Under the pieces are notes generated by a model that saw only the letters and a list, made by a program, of their open reading frames with translations, was not told the origin of the DNA and ran no database searches. From Macrostomum lignano (taxonomy: Eukaryota), in contig NIVC01005026.1 of NCBI GenBank assembly GCA_002269645.1, forward strand, positions 1 through 28,405: DNA of 28,405 nucleotides. Direction: 5' to 3'. Positions 1 to 25,300 of the stretch are shown in pieces. Within the stretch, counting starts at the first letter, position 1; every line of letters begins with the position of its first letter. The translations under genes were made by a program, and so were the position numbers.

Positions 1-132
1 TTTAACGATTTAAAAAGAATGGGTCATTTAAGTCAAATTATCGTTGCTCTTTTTTTCAGATTTTAATTGGGCCAAGAAATTCTGCAAATGGGTGGCATCC
101 TGACAGTGTCCCCGATCTTCCCAGCACAACTC

Positions 133-647
133 TCCTCTCTCCTCTCCTCCCCTTCCTTCCTCTCCTCCCCTCTCCTCTCCTCTCCTCTCCTGTCCTCTCC
201 TTCCTCTCCTCTCCTCTCCTCTCCTCTCCTCTCCTCTCCTCTCCTCTCCTCTCCTCTCCTCTCCTTCTCTCTCTCCTCTTCTCTCTCTCCTCTTCTCTCT
301 CTCCTCTCCTCTCCTCTCCTCTCCTCTCCTCTCCTCTCCACTCCTTTTCTCTCTCTCTCCTCTTCTCTCCTCTTCTCTCTTCTCCTTTTCTCTCTCTCCT
401 CTCCTCTCCTCTCCTCCCCTCTCCTCTTCTCTCCTCTTCTCTCCTCTCCTCTCCTCTCCTCCTCTCCTCTCCTCTTCTCTCTCTCCTCTTCTCTCCTCTC
501 CTCTCCTCTCCTCTCCTCTCCTCTCCTCTCCTCTCCTCTCCTCTCCTCTCCTCTCCTCTCCTCCTCTCCTCTCCTCCCTCTCCTCTCTCTCCTCTCCTCT
601 CCTCCCCTCTCCTCTCATCTCCTCTCCTCTCCTCTTCTCTCCTCTCC
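133..647. repeat. (CTCCT)n / CT-rich microsatellite
   Basis: Degenerate CTCCT/CTCTT pentamer run; explains the S/L/P and E/R/G ORFs in the track. Confidence 0.95.
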
Positions 648-1059
648 TAAGAATAAGAATCGATTTTCGCCATAATGCTCAAGATAAAAATCGTTTATTA
701 AACCTGACGCGTAATACGCAAAGTTGCTTCGCTAATCTCTCCACTCAAACTACATGTTAGCTGCTAGACTACAAGTAATCGTGTTCAAAAGCTACACAAA
801 ATAAATGTGGTTACCAAAGCTAATTCTCTTCAATTGTCTTCGATCTTTGCCTCTCAACCCGCTTGCACCTGGTGCTCCGCCCTCAGACCCGGTCAGTGCT
901 TGATTATATAGTGGTTGTCAATTGGTTGGCTACATAGATTATAACTCTTGTAGTTGTACGTGAGTAGCTTAAGAAAAAGCTTGACAAAATGTCCAGACAA
1001 AACTGACTCGCAGGACAGCACTTTCAGTTTTATCCCGGCTTAGTAAAACAATTGTGGCG

Positions 1060-15565
<14,506 letters not shown>

Positions 15566-16035
15566 GTTGAGTGCTCGCGAAAACTTTAATAATTTCTTCA
15601 TTGCACTCCCCTTCACATCACCTTCACCCAATTAAATTATATACCCGTAGCTCGTATGGAATAATGTTCAACTGCTCTGCCAATTCTTATAAATTCAATA
15701 GCAATCGATTGAAGCAATCAGTTCCTACCTCATGCTGTTCGTTCTACAGAAGTCATTAACTATACATTTGTAGCACCTATTACGAGTAGTATGTTTGCTG
15801 TTACTTATGCTTGCGCCGAAACACTATAGGCAGTAAAATATACGAGTACAGTAATTCTGCATGCCAACCACAATGTGATATAACTGGGTCTGGCGCTAAA
15901 TGCAGCTACCTTGCGCCTAGTTAACGTTATGAATTCCTTCTAGAGATGGTCTATTAAGACGATGGCTGAAGAGAATTCCTTTAGTGTGCAGTAAAATCTG
16001 AAGGCTGCGACCGGCTGTCTAAGACTGAACTCGAG

Positions 16036-17115
16036 GATCTGCGAGGCCCAGCAGCTGACGATCTGAGAGGCTGTTGGCCCAGCAACTGAGAATCTGGGAG
16101 GCTGGTGGCCCAGCAACTGAGGATCTGGGAGGCTGTTGGCACAGTAACTGAGAATCTGGGAGGCTGACCCAGTAACTGAGGATCTGGGAGGCTGGTGGCC
16201 CAGTAACTGAGGATCTGGGAGGCTAGCCCAGTAACTGAGGATCTGGGATCTGGGAGGCTGTTGGCCCAGTAACTGAGGATCTGGGAGGCTAGCCCAGTAA
16301 CTGAGGATCTGGGAGGCTGTTGGCCCAGTAACTGAGGATCTGGGAGGCTGTGGCACAGTAACTGAGGATCTGGGAGGCTGACCCAGCAACTGAGGATCTG
16401 GGAGGCTGTTGGCCCAGTAACTGAGGATCTGGGAGGCTGCTGGCCAGTAACTGAGGATCTGGGAGGCTGTTGGCCCAGTAACTGAGGATCTGGGAGGCTG
16501 GTGGCCCAGTAACTGAGGATCTGGGAGGCTGACCCAGTAACTGAGGATCTGGGAGGCTGGTGGCCCAGTAACTGAGGATCTGGGAGGCTGGTGGCCCAGC
16601 AACTGAGGATCTGGGAGGCTGTTGGCCAGTAACTGAGGATCTGGGAGGCTGGTGGCCCAGCAACTGAGGATCTGGGAGGCTGTTGGCCCAGTAACTGAGG
16701 ATCTGGGAGGCTGGCCCAGTAACTGAGGATCTGGGAGGCTGTTGGCCCAGTAACTGAGGATCTGGGAGGCTGTGGCACAGTAACTGAGGATCTGGGAGGC
16801 TGACCCAGCAACTGAGGATCTGGGAGGCTGTTGGCCCAGTAACTGAGGATCTGGGAGGCTGCTGGCCAGTAACTGAGGATCTGGGAGGCTGTTGGCCCAG
16901 TAACTGAGGATCTGGGAGGCTGGTGGCCCAGTAACTGAGGATCTGGGAGGCTGACCCAGTAACTGAGGATCTGGGAGGCTGGTGGCCCAGTAACTGAGGA
17001 TCTGGGAGGCTGGTGGCCCAGCAACTGAGGATCTGGGAGGCTGTTGGCACAGTAACTGAGGATCTGGGAGGCTGGCCCAGCAACTGAGGATCTGGGAGGC
17101 TGGCCCAGCAACTGA
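16036..17115. repeat. 27-31-bp minisatellite (CCCAGTAACTGAGGATCTGGGAGGCTG[TTGG])
   Basis: Invariant core with a variable linker; lies between the convergent 3' ends of the NRG-like and COMMD genes. Confidence 0.95.
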
Positions 17116-17482
17116 CACTCTGGGGGGGGGGGGGGCTGGCGCAGCTAAAAATAAAGGTGCAAAAGTACAAGCGGAAAATTTTTTATACTCTATCACCCAA
17201 ATAGATCAGCAATGGGTAAAAAATCAATATTTTAATAGAGCAATATTTCAGACTCGTATTATATTTATAGCATCAACATTGTCCAATTGACGCAAATGAT
17301 ACAAAGGATTTACAAAACATAATTAGACAATCAGTCGTTATATAAGAGAATCGGAATTATCAGTGTGAATCGCTAGTGTGAATAGTCATCACAATATACT
17401 AAATCTCTAATAAAATACTATAGTAGTTGCAGTAGCTAGAATATTTGCAGCAGACTTGGCACGCCTAACAATGTCAATTAGT

Positions 17483-20159
17483 TCAGTCTAGTGCGCCCTG
17501 CATGTCTAACAGGCCTTTAGCCTTCTCCATCTGGTGCAGAAAGTCGTAGAACTCGGTCAAGGACAGCTCTGCAACCGAGTCAGGGAAGTGAGATAAAAGT
17601 TATGAATAAAAAACACTATTTATAATATTTCTGGCAAAGTGTACTCTAAAGTCCACATTGATTACTATTTAAGAAAAGTTATCAAAGGTAAGTCAAGATT
17701 TTCATATAGGTAAATTGAGATTGAGATGAGATGTGATGTGATGAGATTTGATGAAATGAGATGTGATGTGATGCGATGTGATGAGATGAGATGAGATTTT
17801 ATGCAATGAGATGTGAGAGATGAGATTTGATGTGATGAGATGTGATGTGATGAGATTTGATGTGATGAGATGAGATGTGATGTGATGAGATGTGATGTGA
17901 TGAGATGTGATGAAACTTGATATGATGAGATGAGATGTGATGAGATGTGATGTGATGAGATGTGATGAGATGTGATGAGATGTGATGTGATGAGATGTGA
18001 TGAGATGTGATGTGATGAGATCAGATTTGATGTGATGAGATGTGATGTGATGAGATTTGATGAAATGAGATGTGATGTGATGTGATGAGATTTGATGTGA
18101 TGAGATGAGATGTGATGTGATGAGATGTGATGTGATGAGATGTGATGAAACTTGATATGATGAGATGAGATGTGATGAGATGTGATGAGATGTGATGTGA
18201 TGTGATGAGATGTGATGAGATGTGATGTGATGAGATGAGATTTGATGTGATGAGATGTGATGTGATGAGATTTGATGTGATGAGATGAGATGTGATGTGA
18301 TGAGATGTGATGTGATGAGATTTGATGCGATGAGATGAGATGTGATGTGATGAGATGAGATTTGATGTGATGAGATGTGATGTGATGAGATTTGATGTGA
18401 TGAGATGAGATGTGATGTGATGAGATGTGATGTGATGAGATGTGATGAAACTTGATATGATGAGATGAGATGTGATGAGATGTGATGAGATGTGATGAGA
18501 TGTGATGTGATGAGATGAGATTTGATGTGATGAGATGTGATGTGATAAGATTTGATGAAATGAGATGTGATGTGATGCGATATGATGAAACTTTATATGA
18601 TGAGATGAGATGTGATGAGATGTGATGTGATGAGATGAGATTTGATGTGATGAGATGTGATGTGACGAGATTTGATGAGATGAGATGTGATGTGATGCGA
18701 TGTGATGAGATGTGATGTGATGAGATTTGATGAAATGAGATGTGATGTGATGCGATATGATGAAACTTTATACGATGAGATGAGATGTGATGAGATGTGA
18801 TGTGATGAGATGAGATGAGATTTTATGCGATGAGATGTGATGAGATTGGAGAGATGAGATGAAGCGAGCACAGTCAGAGAGACCAAGAAGGAGTAAGTGA
18901 GAGACTGGAAGTAAGAAGGGAGATAGGAAAGAAGAGAATTAAGTAGGGAAATCCAGAAAAAAATTCAATTAGATGATAGCATATAGAAGGTGACAGAAGA
19001 TATGATGAGAATGGAAGTGGCAAACCAAAGCAGAAAATTGCAGATGGTACATGTATAAAAAGAGGTTAAGGAAGATGAGAACCCTTAAATCAAAATAATT
19101 AGTTATAAAACACCAGAAATAAAAACTTGCAAAGTATCACTTTTTGTTATTCGAGACAAGGGCTGTGTGCACCCTGGCGCACTTGAAGTGACATTGTCAC
19201 ACAACCGGAGAGAGGCAATTGCTGCCCATTTCGCCGACTCCCCTGAGCAGGCACACAAGCGCGCGGATACGTAAGCATTCATACAGTAATAATAAAAAAT
19301 AATAATATTTGATTACACCTGCCCCAATTGGGCCAGATGCGCAACCGACAGCTCAGCCGCAGCTATTGCGCGGCGCATCTGAAGGCTGCGTACGGCTGTT
19401 CGGTCCAAGGACTGGGGGTCGCCACACACCCTCAATTACCCCTGCTAATGCTGGCACCCATTTTACAGCTGGGTGAACTGAAGCAATGCAGAGTCAAGTG
19501 TCTTGCTCAAGGACACAAATTGTTCCGAGTGGGTCAAGAATCGAACCCCCAACCTTCAAATCGTGAGACCGACGCTCTAACCACTAGGCTACAGCCCCTC
19601 CATACGCGCAGGCACACAAGACTTTATTTATCGTTAGGCATGTACACTTCACTGCGCCTTGGGGGTTGGCCTTCAAGGCCGTTAACTGCACGAGCAGAGC
19701 CAAGCCGAGATTCCAATTCAGCCCCAAATTAATGTGACTGCACTTGGAATCGAGCCTGGGCCGCTGGCACATCAGAGCGCCGCGCCAGACCACTTGGCTG
19801 CAGCAACCGCGGTGATTGACGCAAGTTGTGACCCTGCGCTAAAACAAAAGAGCGATCAACACAATACAACAGGCGAGAGACAGGAAAAAATGGAAACAAA
19901 AGCCTTGCTCACCCAGAAAGACTCGCTCCCGTTCACCTGAGGAACAAGTTGAAGATGAGGCATTGCCACCTTTCTGCAGTAAGATGCTGAGTACGACTGA
20001 GGTGCGACCAACCTCGCTAGGGTCACTGCCTGCAGCTGTCACTGCAATACGCATTGAGGAATAAGACATTATAAGCACCACCTGTCAATCAAACCATAGA
20101 AATTGAGAGAACTAACCAGACAGACGCCAGTCGACATCAATAATTTGTGAGTAGTCCAT
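17483..20159 (-). CDS. COMMD7: COMM-domain protein, COMMD7-like (exons 20117-20178, 19913-20041, 17483-17568)
   Basis: Spliced product (M)DYSQIIDVDWRLSVTAAGSDPSEVGRTSVVLSILLQKGG...ERVFLELSLTEFYDFLHQMEKAKGLLDMQGALD*. This resembles the human COMMD7 C-terminus as recalled (QLIDMEWKFGVT...VG...KG...ELTLPQFYSFLHEME). Junctions are phase-consistent GT-AG. Confidence 0.85.
17718..18862. repeat. (GATGA/GATGT)n pentamer satellite
   Basis: Directly visible; lies in the last COMMD intron. Confidence 0.95.
19287..19598 (-). mobile_element. tRNA-derived CORE-SINE
   Basis: - strand: A box TAGCCTAGTGG, B box GGTTCGATTC, then TGTGTCCTTGAGCAAGACACTTGACTCTGCATTGCTTCAGTTCACCCAGCTGTAAAATGGG resembling the MIR CORE, and an (ATT)n tail. 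Confidence 0.8.
19622..19808 (-). mobile_element. Possible second tRNA-derived SINE (degenerate)
   Basis: - strand: A-box-like CAGCCAAGTGG, B-box-like GGCTCGATTCC, about 120-nt body ending ATAAATAAA. Confidence 0.45.
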
Positions 20160-20809
20160 GAGACAGGGAGTTGGACAACTGGAAATATAGTGTAGTGCGA
20201 TTGTCAACTATTATTAAAGTTGCGCATCCCGCAGCCAACAAGCTCATCAAGGTTTAACCTCTGTTGTAATAAAAAATCAATATACGAGCTACTTAATTTA
20301 AAGTGCAAAATTCTAACTAAAACGCTTATTACTTACTATTAGTAGTCGTTTGTTAGCTAGTTAACAGGTAGGTCTTAAGGCATGCCTAAGAACCCACATG
20401 CTTGTACAGCGGCTCTTGTGTCTTGTGTGATGGCCTTCATGGGTTGTGAGTCACTGGCCTACTCTGTACCTTACTAATAGTAGCAATGCATGAAATGATT
20501 CGATAAAAAAACAAAATTCAAGTTAAAATGAATTGAATTTGTATGTACTTTGGCCAACAGGAATTTTAGCTGCTTTCGGCAATGTCAACGAGTACTTTAA
20601 CGAGACATTTTCTAAACAAAAAATACAATAACCAAGGATAATCAGGAACAAACAACTGCATAACAAAACAAATTTTTGACAAATAACAGGACATAATAGA
20701 CACTAATTTCGACACAGTCTATAAGTAATCTGTCAGATTCTGACACAGTGTGTTACGATAATTTTCACAGCTAATTATGAATCTGATTGTTATTAATCTG
20801 TTTTAAATC

Positions 20810-21072
20810 AAACCTGACAGTTTGACATCAAATCTGACAGATTCTGACAGTCTGACATCAAATCTGACAGATTCTGACAGTTTGACATCAAACCTGACAG
20901 TCTGACATCAAATCTGACAGATTCTGACAGTCTGACATCAAATCTGATAGCTTCTGACAGTCTGACATCAAATCTGACAGATTCTGACAGTCTGACATCA
21001 AATCTGACAGATTCTGACAGTCTGACATCAAATCTGACAGATTCTGACAGTCTGACATCAAATCTGACAGAT
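20810..21072. repeat. 30-bp minisatellite (CTGACATCAAATCTGACAGATTCTGACAGT)
   Basis: Period of 30, built from three CTGACA subunits. Confidence 0.92.
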
Positions 21073-21153
21073 TCAATTTGACAGACGCTAACAGCTGTGA
21101 CAAACCTGAGAAATGTGAATTAGTGAGTCTGTGAGTTCAGTTCTCAAAGATGC

Positions 21154-21576
21154 TCAGTCCTTTTTAGTCCGCCTGTCCTTAGCCTCGGTCAGCAGCCGGG
21201 CTCTCTCCTTATCAACAGTCAAGTTCATCATCTGATAGATGAGGAAGCACGGAATCACCACGCAGTTGACCAGCACCGGCACAGACCAGATAAAGGTAAT
21301 GAAAAATCCAGGTGAATCGAAGTACTGCTCCCCAAATCTGAGGACTCGCCAGTGCGTCGCCAACTGACGATTGACGGCATCGGCCGCCAAGACGCTGGCT
21401 AGAAGCAGCAAAAGCAAGCCAAACAGTAGCCAACTTCTTCTGCGCAGCAACAATATCAGCAACAGGCAAACAGGATGAATGCTCAGCAATATTAACAGGC
21501 CGGGCTCCGTACGCCAAGATATTGTTGACAGGGCGGACAGCGGGCCCGAGATCTGGCTTGTGTCAATCCAGTCCAT
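21154..21576 (-). CDS. TMEM18: Transmembrane protein 18, intronless, 140 aa
   Basis: W-TEP-L, hydrophobic helices, and NRQLATHWRVLRFGEQYFDSPGFFITFIWSVPVLVN resemble TMEM18 (INE..A.NWR.F...QYFDS.G.FIS...S.PLLVN); basic C-terminus. Confidence 0.9.
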   Translation of the reverse strand: MDWIDTSQISGPLSALSTISWRTEPGLLILLSIHPVCLLLILLLRRRSWLLFGLLLLLLASVLAADAVNRQLATHWRVLRFGEQYFDSPGFFITFIWSVPVLVNCVVIPCFLIYQMMNLTVDKERARLLTEAKDRRTKKD

Positions 21577-22089
21577 GCGCGTAATACAAAGAAATGTAAA
21601 GTTCTAATTAGGTGACGAGGCTTTTTATATCTAAATTAAGCTATAGTTACTCCCACTGTTTACCCGACCCGATGAAAACGGTACATAAGGCCAAGAAGCG
21701 TCCCAGTCATTTGCGTCGAGCATCTTAGCATTTTATTGTCTGCGACTCTGGCGCACTCATTACAACTCTATTTAGTCTACTTGAGTTAGTAGAAAGTTAA
21801 GCTCTAACACAGCCATTCTTGGACGACTTTTTGCGACTCTAAAAATCCCGTGATGCGCTCGTTACTCAAGAGTCGCCTAATTCGTCGCATTGAAATCGTG
21901 AATCATTAAAAAGTCACAAGAGTGGCCCCAGAATCGCTAGAGTCACCAGTGAGTTGCTTGCAATGACTCTTAAGCAATTCTTGTCACGGTATCGTTTTCA
22001 ACGGGCTAAAACCATGCCATGTAGTTTAAATCTTTAACTTTAAAGGACATCAAAAGCAATCCAGCCCGATCAAGGTTTACGTCCCGGAT

Positions 22090-22298
22090 CTCAGCTCTCT
22101 TATTATTTTTCTTTTCTCCTCTCCTATCTCCCCTCTTCTCTCGCCTCGCCCCACTTCTCTCTCCTCTCATCTCCCCCTTTTCTCTTCTCTCCCTCTTGTC
22201 TCTCCTCTCCTCTCTTCTCTCTACTCTCCTCTCTTCTCTCTCCTCTCCCCTCTCCTCTCTCCTCTCATCTCCCCATTTTCTCTTCTCTCCCCTCTTGT
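22090..22298. repeat. CT-rich microsatellite, left part (split by the retrotransposon)
   Basis: Continues at 26724-26855; CTCTCCCCTCTTGT is duplicated on both sides of the element. Confidence 0.9.
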
Positions 22299-22312
22299 TG
22301 TTGTTGTTGTTG

Positions 22313-25300
22313 TTACTCCCGGCCGGTTGGATCCGGGGGGCGTGTCTGCGCCCCTACCGTGCGGAGGAAATCGAGCGCGCGGAGGCCGTCCGTCGAGAGG
22401 ACGGCCAGGGACGGGTTTGGCCCTAGGGTGCGGGCCCGAAGGTCGTCAAGGGCCCGGCAGTGCAGGAGGACGTGGGCCACGTCTTCGTCGGCGGCCCCGC
22501 AGCGGGGGCAGGTGGCGGCGGTGTCCAGGCCGATCCGGTGCCGATACCAGCGTAGGAGCGGTGAGTGGCCCGTGCGCAGCTGGGCGAGGGTCACCGCGTC
22601 GGCCCGGTTAAGGCGTGGCCGCGGGGCGGCGATGGCGGTTGCCAGACGGTGGGTGGCGCAGTGCGGGTCGGCCGCGTTGGCTTCGCGGGTGCGCTCGGCG
22701 AGGACCCGGCGGAGGGCGGCCCGCGCTGACCCGAAGTCGATCGGCGTCTCGTTCTGGGGGAGGCCGGCCGCGGTCTTGGCGGTGACGTCCGCAGCATCGT
22801 TCCGCCGGAGGTCGCAGTGGCTGGGGACCCATTGCAGCCAGATTGGGAAGCGGGCGGCGACGTGGGTCAGCAGCGTCCAGATCTCCCGGCACGCTGGCGA
22901 GGAGGACTTGGACGGTCCCTTCTCGAGGGCTCGGAGCAGGGACTGCGAGTCCGTCAGGCAGCGGAGGCCGCTCAGGGAGGCAAGGTCCGGCCTGGAGGCG
23001 ACGTGCTGAAGCCCCAGCCGGAGAGCCGACTCCTCGGCACGGAAGGAGGAAGAGTAACGGCCCGCAGCCTGCGACAGGTGGACTGGCGGCGCGGTCTTGC
23101 TGAAGATGACCGCCCCCGCTCCGCCGTTGAGGGTGCCCCCGGAGGCTGAACCGTCTGTCCAGAGCTCCAGGTCGGCGGGCGGGAGGCTCGCCAGCGTCTC
23201 CAGCGCGGCCAGCTTTCTGACGTGGGGCGCCTCCTCTCGGGAGGTCGCGGTCAGGAGGTCGCAGCGGATGGTGATCCGGCTGGTGTCGGACCATGGCGGC
23301 GGAGGGAGGTTTTCCTGCTCCCGGGGGAGGGTGGCCAGGCCGGCGGCGGCGCTCAGGTGCTGCGCCGAGTCGCGCCAGTTCCTACGGAAGGCCCCAGGCT
23401 CCCCGTGAGCGCGCAAGCGGGGCGTAGAGGTCTTGCCCGCTGCAGCGCGGAGCGGAGTCGGTTGTCGGTGACGGAGGGCTCGCTCGAACAGGGCTGCGCC
23501 TGCCGCCTCCGCTCTGGTCGCCAGGGGCACGAGGTCGGCCTCAGCCATGAGGGCGCCAATGGCGGTCGAGCGGCAGCAGCCAGTGATGACGCGGGCGGCC
23601 GATCGGTGCGCAATCTCGACTTCGTCCCGGCAGGAGTCGGACGCGAAGGTGAGCCACGTGGAGGCGCCGTGGAGCGCGGCCGCCTCCGCGTAGGTGCGGT
23701 AGAGCTGGGCGAGGCGCTGGCCGTCCTGGCCCCAATCGCGGCCCGCGAGGCAGCGTAGGACGCCGGTGCGCTGCTGGAGGGCGCGGCGCCGGAGCTCGGC
23801 GTGGTGGCGGAAGGTCAGCTAGGAGTCGAGGTGCACTCCCAGGAGCCTCGGATGCAGCTCGAACGGAGCTGGCGAGTCGCCGAGGAGGATGCGCGGCTGG
23901 ACCTTTCCGTTGACCTCCCGGGGGTCGAGCGAGAAGAAAGCGACGACCGACTGGTTCGGCTCAGGTCCACCTTCCAGGTTTGGGACCAGCGCACGAGCCA
24001 GTCGGCCGCCGGTTGCAGGGCCCGCTCACACTCCCGAGGGGTGGTCCCTTGCGCGCCGAAGGTGCTGTCGTCGGCGTACGCCAGCGTGAGGCAGTTCGTG
24101 GGGGCGCCGTCCAGGAGGTCGTCCATGTAGATCACCCACAGGATCGGGGCGAGGACCGACCCCTGCGGCAGCCCCTCGGAGAACACGGTTGGCTTGCAGG
24201 CCGCACTAACCCACCGCACGAAGGCCCTCCTGTCGGAGAGAAATCCCTTGAGCCAGCGGATGAGGCACGTGGGGATCCCCTTCCGACCGAGCTTGACGAT
24301 GAGGGCGGCTCTCCAGACGCGGTCGTAGGCTCTGGAGAAGTCTGCAAGGAGCAGAGCGGTGCGGGCTGCCGGCTTCTTGGCCTGGAAACCGTCAAAAATG
24401 TACTGGGCCGCCGCGGCGATGTGCTCCTCCGTGGAGCGGCCCTGACGGAAACCGGCTTGCGACGGGTGGAGAGCGTCATTTGCCTCGAGGATGTAGGACA
24501 GCCGCTCGTTCACCATCTTCTCCGCGAGCTTGCCCAGGCAGCTGAGGAGGCTGATAGGGCGGAAGCTGGATGTCAGGCCGGCTGGCTTGTCCGATTTGGG
24601 GATCGGGCGGATCTCCGCAAGGCGCCACGGGGCGGACACCTCCCCCGTCCTCCACGAGAGGTTCAGGAGGTCCAGGAGGCAGCGGAGCCCCAGGTCGGAC
24701 AGATGCTTCAGCATGATGTTCGCGACACCGTCCGGTCCCGGGGCCGAGCGGTCCGGCAGGCGCACCAAGGCGCGGCGGAGGGCGTCGGGCTGGAAGTCGG
24801 AGCAGGGGCCGCTGCGGAGGCCTTGGCAGCTGCAGGGGGCGCGGAGCGTGTGACGGGCTTCTTGGATGACCGGCCGGTCTTCCGCCTTGTTCTTGGGGAG
24901 CCTGCTGACGGCCGCGTACTCCCGGCAGAAAAGCGCGGCCTTCTGTTTGTCGGAGACGGCCGGTGCCCCCGTGGAGCCCTGGATGGCAGCCGACGAGGGG
25001 GTGCCCTGGGACCGTCCGTCGAGGGCCCGGATGATCCGCCAGAGGTCGGCGGAACACAGGTCGTGACCCGGGTCAGTGATGAAATCACGCCACAGCGACT
25101 CCTTGGCGCGGCAGATGGCGTGAGCAGCCGCGGCGGCAGCAGCCTGGTACGCGGCCGAGAGCGCCGGGTCGTCCGGGCTCGCGCGAAGCGCTTCGAGCGC
25201 CGCGCGGCGGGCGGTGCAGGCCGCCTCGGCTTCCGGGCACCACCAGGCGATCGGGGCGCGCCGGCAGCCTCTCGGGATGGCCGCCTTGGCGGCGCTGGTG

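Noticed and set aside
28-675. ORFs of 92-202 aa (E/R/G- or S/L/P-rich)
   Set aside because: Translations of the CT pentamer microsatellite.
15940-17196. 418/376/293-aa Pro/Gln/Ser ORFs
   Set aside because: Satellite lacking - strand stops; no unique domain.
19530-19598. Functional tRNA gene
   Set aside because: Acceptor stem does not close and there is no T-run terminator; the sequence continues into a CORE domain, so it is a SINE head.
21740-21975. Scattered GACTCT/AGAGTC motifs suggesting a MITE
   Set aside because: Could not define terminal inverted repeats or a TSD.
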